This document shows positions 44,733 through 52,628 of a stretch of DNA of 64,000 nt, in pieces. The notes beneath the pieces were generated by a model. It saw nothing but the letters and a program-made list of their open reading frames with translations, had not been told where the DNA came from and made no database searches. The stretch comes from Terriglobia bacterium (GTDB taxonomy: Bacteria > Acidobacteriota > Terriglobia > 20CM-2-55-15), in contig CBDCFM010000015.1 in NCBI GenBank assembly GCA_965216035.1, positions 117,786 through 181,785 on the forward strand, given 5' to 3'. Both the position numbers and the translations under genes were made by a program. Each line of letters starts with the position of its first letter. Position 1 is the first letter of the stretch.

Positions 44733-45025
44733 CAGGGAAACAGCCAGCCCATGAAATTGACCGCGCCCACGGCCATGCCGACGCCGAAGATGATCCCGGC
44801 CATCGCCTTCTTGCTGCCGCCCTCGCCGAAGGCGAACATCAGGCCGCCGCAGACAATGCTGATCAGCGCGAGCCCGCGCGCGATCGGCCCGGTAAATGCG
44901 TTCTGCAGAACCGTGATGGCCTCGAGCCAGGGGCTCTGCGCCCAGACCGTGACCGGAGCGCATAGCACAATCGCTACTGCCAATAAGGCACGGTGTTGCC
45001 ATGGGTTGTTTCGAAACAGAGTCAT
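44732..45025 (-). CDS. virB2: VirB2/TrbC pilin-like protein
   Basis: Starts MTLFRNNPWQHRALLAVAIVLCAPVTVWAQ (leader). The pilin core is FTGPIARGLALISIVCGGLMFAFGEGGSKKAMAGIIFGVGMAVGAVNFMGWLF. Confidence 0.75.
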   Translation of the reverse strand: MTLFRNNPWQHRALLAVAIVLCAPVTVWAQSPWLEAITVLQNAFTGPIARGLALISIVCGGLMFAFGEGGSKKAMAGIIFGVGMAVGAVNFMGWLFP

Positions 45026-45047
45026 CGTGGACCTCCATGTGCGTTTG

Positions 45048-45365
45048 TTAATCGGGATACACACCGGCATCGCTCCGTTCGAGGGCATGTTGCAGGTCCG
45101 CATCCCCTGAGCCGCGGCGGATGCCGCGCTCTACCAGATCGACCCGCCGCCCCAGATCGGCCAGGCCCAGCACACGCGCCAGCGCGTAGAAGACGACAAC
45201 GCTGGTGACGAGCAACGCGGCCGCATGCAGGGCGAGTTCCCACCCATACGTGCGAAGGATCGTGCCCCACCAGGGCGAGAGAAAGTCGAGCCGCGGCCCG
45301 GCTAAAAGAACAGACAGCTCGGCCCACGCCGCCGTGATGCCGACGCCAAAGAAGATGGGTTTCAT
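45048..45365 (-). CDS. hypothetical small membrane protein
   Basis: 105 aa with 2-3 hydrophobic helices. It has an ATGA overlap with the upstream gene's stop. Confidence 0.45.
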   Translation of the reverse strand: MKPIFFGVGITAAWAELSVLLAGPRLDFLSPWWGTILRTYGWELALHAAALLVTSVVVFYALARVLGLADLGRRVDLVERGIRRGSGDADLQHALERSDAGVYPD

Positions 45366-46273
45366 AGTTCGATAACTCCCTTGTCCTGCTGTGCTCGAGG
45401 GCGGCCCCCACCGTCACGACTGCTCGAGCTGGCCAGTTTCCCGGCATTGTCGATGAGCGACTGAGCGCGGTCGCTCCCGTTGCCGTGCATGCGGAACCCC
45501 GCCGCGGCCTTGGCCGCGATGTCAGCGGCGCGGTAGTTGCCGGAGACGACTTCGATGTTGACGTGGCTTCGGGTGAGGCCATCGGGTTCGAGAAATTCCA
45601 GCTGCGCGTCGGGATACTGCACCTGGCCGTTCCGGATGGGAAGGTGCAACGCTTCGGCGGCCTCGAAGCGCGCGCGGTCGGCGGCCTCCCGGCCGCCCTG
45701 TTGTCGCGCGGCCTCCGAGCGGCTATTGATCGCCGCTTTCAGTTCCGCGTCAGTGCGGACCCGCCGAAGCGTTGCGCCGCGCTCTTCGATGCGCGCCTGT
45801 TCGGCTCGCGCGGCGCGGTAGATGGCGACATCGTGTCCCATATCGCGCGACTTCGACCCGGCACCATCCCAGGCTCGCTGTTGCGGGTCCATTCCCCAGA
45901 AAAGGTCCTGCGTCCGGGCTTCGCGGGCTCCGGCGGTGGTGGGGGACAGGACGCGGTATTTCCCGCCTTCCGGTCCCTCCAGAGTGCGTTCGGTGACCCA
46001 TCCATCAGCCTTCATCTGATCGAGGGCTTTCCGGGCCGCGTAGGGGTTGCCCCCGAAACGCTCCCGCACAATGTCGGCGACGGCGACAACGCGGTAATGA
46101 CTGACATCGGCGACGGCGGCATTTTTGCGCTCGGCGATGGTGTGCTTCTCCCGTAGCGGGTCGTGGTTCCGCCGATGCCCGGGGCGCTCCGGGACTCGCT
46201 CGGGCCGGCGCCCTCGTTCAGGCTCCGGCCGCCGGTCGAGAGAGGGTGTCTCCCGGATGTCAAAACGAGCCAT
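45362..46273 (-). CDS. hypothetical protein, possibly replication-relaxation family-like
   Basis: The start MARFDIRE (46273) lies 4 nt after the upstream stop. A wHTH-like segment (ARKALDQMKADGWVTERTLEGPEGGKYRVLSPTTAG) is followed by HDVAIY...YPDAQLEF...NIEVVSG. The assignment is weak. Confidence 0.4.
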   Translation of the reverse strand: MARFDIRETPSLDRRPEPERGRRPERVPERPGHRRNHDPLREKHTIAERKNAAVADVSHYRVVAVADIVRERFGGNPYAARKALDQMKADGWVTERTLEGPEGGKYRVLSPTTAGAREARTQDLFWGMDPQQRAWDGAGSKSRDMGHDVAIYRAARAEQARIEERGATLRRVRTDAELKAAINSRSEAARQQGGREAADRARFEAAEALHLPIRNGQVQYPDAQLEFLEPDGLTRSHVNIEVVSGNYRAADIAAKAAAGFRMHGNGSDRAQSLIDNAGKLASSSSRDGGGRPRAQQDKGVIEL

Positions 46274-46277
46274 GCGG

Positions 46278-46550
46278 TTATGCCTCCGTTCCCACCGCGG
46301 TCGTCTCGGCTCTGTCATCCTGCCGAAGCGCCGAGATCCGGGTGTGTGCGATGTCGGCGACCTTTGCCAGCAGCAAGAGGTCGTTGGGGCCGAAGCTGTG
46401 TGTCGTCTTCCACTGCTCACCTTCGCGGTAGAGGCGGGAAAAGACGACGTTGTAGCGGGGCGCTCCATCCTCGGCGGTATTCATCCATATCGTTGCCTTG
46501 ACGCGGCCAATGCGGATCTCATCGGCCGGTTTCGTGTCAGTCATGGGCAA
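46278..46550 (-). CDS. hypothetical 90-aa protein
   Basis: Compact ORF between ardC and the 303-aa gene, with non-shadow composition (IRIGRVKATIWMNTAEDGAPRYNVVFSRLYREGEQWKTTHSFG). Function unknown. Confidence 0.5.
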   Translation of the reverse strand: MPMTDTKPADEIRIGRVKATIWMNTAEDGAPRYNVVFSRLYREGEQWKTTHSFGPNDLLLLAKVADIAHTRISALRQDDRAETTAVGTEA

Positions 46551-46573
46551 AACACTCCTTTCTGTGAGTTCTG

Positions 46574-48778
46574 TTAACGGCTCAACTCGATCTCGGGCGC
46601 TTTCACAGCAACGGGCGTTGCCGGTTGGGGTTCGCGCGCCGCGGTCGGCGCGTCAATGGACCGTTCCTCCTTCGTCTTCCCGGTGGCAAGCGGCCCATCC
46701 TTGGCCTTCTCGATTTCAGCGGCGCGGGCGCGCTCGGGAGCGGCGCAGACATAGTCGGAGATGCGCCCGGCTTCGGCCGCCGCCTTGTAAATTTCCTGCG
46801 GGTCGTCCTTCAAGGCTTTGACCCACGAGGCCACATAAGCGGCGCCATGTTGCGGCTCGTATGCGACGCCCAGGCGCTCGGACGACATCATGGCGCTGAT
46901 TTCCGCCCTGAGTTCTTCCCGCGCATACGCCTGGGATCCGAAGCCGTCCGTGGTGCCTTGTTGAAGACTCTCCCGGTTCATGCGGCTCTTGTGGCCGGTA
47001 CTGTGGCCGACTTCATGGAGTGCGGTCTGGTAATAGGCTTCGGCGCTCTTGAATTGCGCTCGCTCGGGCAGCACGATGTGATCGCGGGCCATGTTGTAAT
47101 ACGCCCGGTCACCGTTCACCTCCCGGATCGTGACCCCGCTGGCCCGGATGACTTTTTCCACGTTCTGCTGCGCTTCCCATTGGGGAATTGCCACGCCTTT
47201 GCGCTCGGGGAGCTTGAGGCCCTCGGCTTGCTCGACGTTGAATACCGTGTAGTGCCTCTACGTTCCCCGCCTGTGCTTCTCCGCATCGCGGGCGTCGCGC
47301 TTTTCTTCGGCCCCTTCTCCGGGCGTCGTCGTTTCCTGGGTATCGCGCCGCTTGGGCGGTTTGTAAGCGAGGATGCGGGTGCCCTGTTCGCCTTTCCGGA
47401 CATGGCCGCCCGCTGCTGCGATCTGGCGGTAGGTGCCCCATCGATGGTCGTTGTAGCTGTTGGCTGTGCGCTGCACCATCAGCTCCAACGTATTCCCGCC
47501 CTGATACTGCTTTTCGGTCGAAAAGTTCTCAGGGATCCGGTTTTCGCCGCGCTTCCAGCTCTTTTGCCACGGCGCGGTGCCCGCCTCGATCTGCTGGGTG
47601 AGTTTGGCGGCAAAGTCATTGGTATATTCCTCTGCCGTTTTCCCACCCCGCCGGCCACCGCGTGGCTCCTTATGAACGGGCCCCTGCTGTTGTGCGCTAG
47701 CCGCGCGCAACACGGTCACGGTCGGGGTGGAATCGGGTGCGGGGGCCACGTCAATGGGTGTTCGGCCCTCCCGATCGGCGGTATTGGGATCGGCGCCGGC
47801 GTCAAGCAAACGCTGGGTCACGTCCGGGGAGCGATTACGGGCCGCATAGTGCAACGGCGTGGCCCCGTCTTTGTCTGCCGCGTTGGGATCGGCCTTGGCC
47901 TCGAGCAGATAGTGCACCGTTTCGGGCGAATCGGACTGGACGGCCAGGTGCAACGGCGTCCGCCCCTCCCGATCGGCGGTATTGGGATCGGCTCCGGCCT
48001 GGAGCAGTTTCCGGACGCCGAGAACCGATTCGTTTTCAGCGGCGCGATGCAATGGTGTCCGCCCCTCTGAATCGGCCGGATTGACAGCATTCTGAATCCG
48101 CTCGTACTCTTCCGGGCCTGTTCGCAAGCTGTGGGGAAGATTGTCCATGTCGCGAATTTCGTTGGAGTCGTTGGCTCTCTGCTCTTGCTCGTGTTCCCCT
48201 CTGGGGTCGTCCGTCGGAAGGTGTTGGATAGGGACGCGGCCCTCCTGATCCCGCGCCTCCAGGTTGGCCCCGGCTTCGAGTAGGCGGTGCACCATGTCTT
48301 GCCGCTCGGCGGCATAGGCTAAATGCAGCGGAGTCCGGCCTGTGTTATCCGGAAGGTTGGGATCGGCTCCATGCTTGAGAAGAATCTTCGCGCCCGCATC
48401 CGCACCTTTCCCGGCCGCCTCATGCAAAGGAGTGGAACCGCCTTTGTCTCGGGCGTTGACATCCGCCCCCGCCTCAATCAGGAGATCGGCGCGGCCCGGG
48501 GACGGTTGCCCCGCCGCGCGATGCAACGCAGTGGCGCCCGTGTCGTCTCGGGCGTTGACATCCGCCCCGGCGTCGATCAAGGCGCGGTGAACATCCAGGT
48601 CGGGATTCCGAATAGCGGCGCGATGCAATGGGGTCTCGCCCCGCCAATTCCGCAGGTTCGGATCGGCCCCCTGGTTGATGAGGTCGCGGACCTGATGTTC
48701 GGTTTCGGTCGCGGCCGCGCGATGCAATCGAGACGCGCCATCGAGGAGAGAATCAATGAAGTCTTTTCTTCGGCTCAT
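46574..48778 (-). pseudogene. ardC: ankyrin-repeat / ArdC (ssDNA-binding + zincin protease) fusion with in-frame TAG at 47258-47260
   Basis: About 9 ankyrin repeats (G.TPLH.AA...LL..GADPN) precede an ArdC N-domain (APWQKSWK...GGNTLELM...WGTYRQIAAAGGHVRKGEQG). The sequence then reads ...HRRGT-TAG-RHYTVFNVEQAEGLKLP... in the same frame. It continues into the metalloprotease domain (HEVGHSTGH). Confidence 0.8.
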
Positions 48779-48985
48779 CTAATCCGCCTCCGGCTCGTTC
48801 GGATCGGGCGGCCCGAAAAACTCCGCGTTGCTGACCACGTCCTCGGCAGTCGGAAAGAATCCGAACTGGGCGGCCAGCGCGTCGGACGCCTCGAACGCCT
48901 CGCCGCTGGCGAAGCATGCGTTGAATTCCTCCCGCGTCGTTGCAACCCGGACAGGTCTCACCCGGGGTTCGCTTCCGCTTTGCAT
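48779..48985 (-). CDS. hypothetical small acidic protein
   Basis: 68 aa from MQSGSEP. It abuts the ankyrin-ardC start. Support is weak. Confidence 0.3.
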   Translation of the reverse strand: MQSGSEPRVRPVRVATTREEFNACFASGEAFEASDALAAQFGFFPTAEDVVSNAEFFGPPDPNEPEAD

Positions 48986-49011
48986 GACTGCCCTCCTCTG
49001 TGTTGTCCTGA

Positions 49012-49980
49012 TCACGGATGAAAAACACGGGCCACGGTTTCCCACAGTGCTTCGACCGGAACAAGGATGCGTCCCAGGGCGATACCGATAAACAACACCC
49101 CGAGGACGAGCCACTTTTCGCGCTCGATGCGATGGCGTAAGGACACCGGGGCGAGGCGTGCGCACTGCAACGCCTGGATGTGTGTACGGAAATCCTTTTC
49201 GACTGCTTGAAACTCCCGCCGCAAGTTGGCCTTGAACTGTCCCATGTCCTCGCTTATGGATTGCACCAGGCTCTCCCAGAAGCGAGACTTGATCCGCTTG
49301 TATGCGAGCATCGCTTCTCTCATGTTGTTCGCGCCCTGGCTTTCCTCAATCGTGTGGTTGACCCGCTTTTGAACAGCGACCAGGGCGTGCGTCAGTTGCT
49401 GTATGGTCGCTTCGATGTTGCGTTCAAATTCCTCAATCTCAGCCGCTGTCTCCATCAGTAGAGCGTCCCGCCTGGCTCCAAATTCACGTGCGGCAAGGAC
49501 GGGGTTTTCGCCCCCTTCAATCGCGCGCTTTAGCACGTCTAAAATCTCTTCCTTCCGATCCGGTTCCTTCCCCGCCGGCCCCTGGCCTTCCTGTGAAGCG
49601 TCGGCCTGTTGAGGGACCGTGTCATCCGCGGGTACGTCTCGATCGGATTCCTTCCCCGCCGGTCCTGGGCTTTCCTGTGAAGCGTCGGCCTGTTGAGGGG
49701 CCGCGTCATCTGTGGGCACGTCACGATCGGATTCCTTCCCCGCCGGTCCTGGGCCTTCCTGTAAAGCGTCGGCCTGTCGAGGGACCGCGTCATCCGCGGG
49801 CACGTCACGATCGGATTCCTTCCCCGCCGGTCCTGGGCCTTCCTGTGAAGCGTCGGCCTGTCGAGGGACCGCGTCATCCGCGGGCACGCCGGGCATAACC
49901 TGATCGGTCGCATTGAATACGTCGGCAAGCTCGGCTGACTTGCGTCTCAGATGGGTGCCCCGCTCACTCATCGCATTCAA
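49012..49980 (-). CDS. hypothetical repeat protein with C-terminal TM helix
   Basis: Four 28-aa acidic repeats (DVPADDAVPRQADASQEGPGPAGKESDR) are followed by a coiled-coil region and a terminal hydrophobic helix (WLVLGVLFIGIALGRILV). Confidence 0.55.
   Translation of the reverse strand: MNAMSERGTHLRRKSAELADVFNATDQVMPGVPADDAVPRQADASQEGPGPAGKESDRDVPADDAVPRQADALQEGPGPAGKESDRDVPTDDAAPQQADASQESPGPAGKESDRDVPADDTVPQQADASQEGQGPAGKEPDRKEEILDVLKRAIEGGENPVLAAREFGARRDALLMETAAEIEEFERNIEATIQQLTHALVAVQKRVNHTIEESQGANNMREAMLAYKRIKSRFWESLVQSISEDMGQFKANLRREFQAVEKDFRTHIQALQCARLAPVSLRHRIEREKWLVLGVLFIGIALGRILVPVEALWETVARVFHP
49557..49892. repeat. 4 x 84-bp tandem repeat (in-frame, inside CDS 49012-49980)
   Basis: GATC(C)GG(A/T)TTCCTTCCCCGCCGG... 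recurs at 49557, 49641, 49725 and 49809, an exact 84-bp period. Confidence 0.8.
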
Positions 49981-50503
49981 CCTTGACCGCGGGCCGATTC
50001 CTCACCCGCCAAACGGTGGTCACATCCGCGACGGCCGGAAACAGGACGAAGCAGCGCCCATCGCTGTCTTTATCGGTCAGTGTCAGACCCCCGCTCCCGC
50101 GGTTGAGCCGGTCCAGGGTGTCCTCCTTGGCGGCGATCTGTTCGGCAACCTCCGCGCTCTTGGTCACTTGCCACCGGAATTGCTGTTCGGTCCAGGCAAT
50201 GCCGATCCATGCAGCGGCTACGATCCCGGCGAATATGAAAGCGCCGGAGAGAATGGCCCGGCCCCACACCCCAACGATGCCTTGCGCCTGGGTAATCCCC
50301 TCCCGGACGCTCTCCGCGTGTGATTCGCGAATCTCGTTTCCCAGGGAGTTGAATTTGCCTTTGATCGCCTTCAAGCCGGTTTCCAGTTCCTTGTCCATGA
50401 ATTGCAGCTCGGCGCTCACCGCGCCGCGATACTGTGAAAGCTGTTGGTGAACCTCCTGCGCGATCAGCCCTCGGAGTTCAGCGCGCAGTTGCTCGTCGTC
50501 CAT
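49964..50503 (-). CDS. hypothetical membrane protein translationally coupled to the relaxase (MobB-like position)
   Basis: The start MDDEQLRAEL (ATG 50503) overlaps the relaxase stop (TGATG). It has a central TM segment (AILSGAFIFAGIVAAAWIGIAW). Confidence 0.5.
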   Translation of the reverse strand: MDDEQLRAELRGLIAQEVHQQLSQYRGAVSAELQFMDKELETGLKAIKGKFNSLGNEIRESHAESVREGITQAQGIVGVWGRAILSGAFIFAGIVAAAWIGIAWTEQQFRWQVTKSAEVAEQIAAKEDTLDRLNRGSGGLTLTDKDSDGRCFVLFPAVADVTTVWRVRNRPAVKVECDE

Positions 50504-51513
50504 CACCGTTCGATCTCCCGGGCCGGTGACTCCCGCTCCATCCGCTTCCGCGCCCCCGGCCGCGGTCGGAGAGTCTCTCGAATCCATTGCACGCCGGCCT
50601 TCAGGCCCGCCGCCGGCCGCGTTCGAATCCTCTCCCACGCAACGCGCCGCCGCGCCGTACTGATTTCTGAGTCCAACGCCCGTATCTGCTGCTCCAGATC
50701 CCGGACCTCCGCTTCCGCGCACTCGACCTGGCTCCTGTGTTCGGCCAGTTCTGCTTGATCGGCGCGGTTTCTCCGCTCGATTGCCGCGGCCAACTCAACG
50801 ACCCTTGAGTGGCCGCCGCGCGCGGCCCGGTATCGCTCCGAGCCCAGGTGGATTCCGGGGATGCGGTCGAGCTCCGCCGCCCGAACCAGCTCCCCGCGCT
50901 CGAGGGCCTCGGCGCGTTGCGCCTCGAGACTGCGGTGGTCGATCCGCTCGGCCCGGCCCGCCGCCTCCAGCGCCCGGTTGGCCGCCCGCGCCCAGCCTCT
51001 GCGGGTGTTCTCCAGCCACTCCTTGCCGTGCAGCGAGCGGGTTTTCCGTGCCCCACCTTTCTCCGGCGCCTTCCGGTTGTAACGTTTGAACCATCGCTCG
51101 GCGTCGCGGTCATGACCATCGAGGGCGCGTTCGGAAATCATCAGGTGGACGTGGGGATTCTCCCCGCCGCCCCGGCGGAGGGCCATCGTGTAGGGCAACC
51201 GTTCCCCTCCGGTGAGTGCGTCGGCGAAGCTTCTGGCGAGGGTCCGCTGCTGGGCCGCGTTCAGTTCCTTCGGCAGCGCGCACTCCACTGCGACAAACAA
51301 CCGCCCGTTGACCCGTTCGTGTGCGTCCGCGGCGGCCCAATAGTGCCGGGGATCGTCTGCGGCCCACTCCGGCATGTGCCCGCTCTCGCTGTGAGCGAGC
51401 TCATTGCGGTCTGTCTCATCCTTCCCTTCCCGCACGATGTATTGGGCCCGGGCGCGGGCCGATTGCCCACCGTCACGGCTGCCGGTCTTCACATTCAGAT
51501 GATAGATAGCCAT
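50503..51513 (-). CDS. mobA: MobA/MobL-family (MOBQ-type) relaxase
   Basis: The N-terminus MAIYHLNVKTGSRDGGQSARARAQYIVREGK is the hallmark MobA/MobL start. A histidine triad region reads GGENPHVHLMIS. Confidence 0.9.
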   Translation of the reverse strand: MAIYHLNVKTGSRDGGQSARARAQYIVREGKDETDRNELAHSESGHMPEWAADDPRHYWAAADAHERVNGRLFVAVECALPKELNAAQQRTLARSFADALTGGERLPYTMALRRGGGENPHVHLMISERALDGHDRDAERWFKRYNRKAPEKGGARKTRSLHGKEWLENTRRGWARAANRALEAAGRAERIDHRSLEAQRAEALERGELVRAAELDRIPGIHLGSERYRAARGGHSRVVELAAAIERRNRADQAELAEHRSQVECAEAEVRDLEQQIRALDSEISTARRRVAWERIRTRPAAGLKAGVQWIRETLRPRPGARKRMERESPAREIER

Positions 51514-51704
51514 CGGGTTCCCTCTGCCCGGCCGGGTTCCTCATCGGCCATCAGCGTTCGATCTCCGTGTCCGGTATCTCTCGCCGAAGCAATGCGACCG
51601 CGCCCTCGACCGTTTGCTGCACTGCGCGTGCTCTCTTCGATGCGCTCACCGGAAACCGTCTTCGCGTCGTCTTCCCCGCGCTGCCAAAAGGACTTCTCCG
51701 CCAT
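51495..51704 (-). CDS. hypothetical small protein upstream of relaxase (accessory-protein position)
   Basis: The start MAEKSFW (ATG 51704) overlaps the upstream stop (TGATG). It runs 19 nt into the relaxase gene. No motif is recognised. Confidence 0.3.
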   Translation of the reverse strand: MAEKSFWQRGEDDAKTVSGERIEESTRSAANGRGRGRIASARDTGHGDRTLMADEEPGRAEGTRWLSII

Positions 51705-52393
51705 CACGCGCCTCCATTCCGGTGCGTGCAGCTCACTCCACGCCGCGGTGATCTCTTCCACGGCGCCCCCGTCCTCGACCATCCGGCCGGTCCGCTCTCG
51801 GGTTCCCGCGTCAGCTCGAGCTCGAGCCGACGGTTCAACGCTCCGAGAAATTGAGTCTCCGTCCGGGCCGGGACGCACTTCACCCGTTCGCTTCCTCTTT
51901 CTGGATCAGGGTTTTCGCCTCTTCGGGGAGCTTTCGCCTGGAAAATCGTGGCGTGTACGGCCGCAGATGATACAGGCGGGTTCAAATTCGGGTGGACGCC
52001 ATATCGAGCCTCCCCGGAGACGCTTCCCGGTCCGTTTATGGAGGGGAAAGGCTCCGGTGGGCCGATAGTGTCTGAATCGGAGGGGGCGGGGGAAGTATGA
52101 TCCGTCACGCGCCGGAGCCGGCGGCGTGCCCGGTAGACCCGGTTGTGGTCACGGTGATCGTCCCGTCCCTCCGGGCTTCGCTGGTGTTTCCGTCTGGCGG
52201 CCCGCTTTTGTAGCGTGCGCCTTCTCTGCCGGCAGCGGAGACTGCAGTATTTGTGGCCCCGGTAACAATGACGGCAGATCCAGAAGGCCCGACGGCAGTC
52301 GTCCCCCCGGCAAAACCGTTGGCGCAGTGGCTCTTCATGGGTCCCCATGGCGGCGTTTCCGGCGGGCCGGAACACCGCGACAGAGCATGGCAA
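51704..52393 (-). CDS. hypothetical Cys-rich (zinc-ribbon-like) basic protein
   Basis: CRGDDCRRAFWICRHCYRGHKYCSLRCRQRRR gives a C-x4-C...C-x2-C...C-x3-C pattern, followed by an Arg-rich tail. The C-terminal half is low complexity, so the true extent is uncertain. Confidence 0.4.
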   Translation of the reverse strand: MPCSVAVFRPAGNAAMGTHEEPLRQRFCRGDDCRRAFWICRHCYRGHKYCSLRCRQRRRTLQKRAARRKHQRSPEGRDDHRDHNRVYRARRRLRRVTDHTSPAPSDSDTIGPPEPFPSINGPGSVSGEARYGVHPNLNPPVSSAAVHATIFQAKAPRRGENPDPERGSERVKCVPARTETQFLGALNRRLELELTREPESGPAGWSRTGAPWKRSPRRGVSCTHRNGGA

Positions 52394-52628
52394 GCGGGAT
52401 CTTATCTACAGAGGATGGTCGGTGCGGTTCTTCGGCCCGGTGCAAAAAGCTCGATCGGCAACGGACGGTCGGGGTTTTCCCATACCGCCTTCGGCGCCGC
52501 CCCGCCAGAGCCTCGGCAAGCCTCGGCGCTGATGACGGCTCAATCCCTCACTGTCGGCGCTCATCACAGTGCCGTAGCGTCGATGGCGCCCTGTCTGTGC
52601 GTTGGCGCATGACCCCTGATGGGTGTCT

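Noticed and set aside
46625-48070. 481-aa plus-strand ORF opposite the ankyrin-ArdC gene
   Set aside because: It is the antisense shadow of a well-supported minus-strand gene in high-GC DNA. Composition is Arg/Gly/Pro/Leu-rich low complexity, with no motifs.
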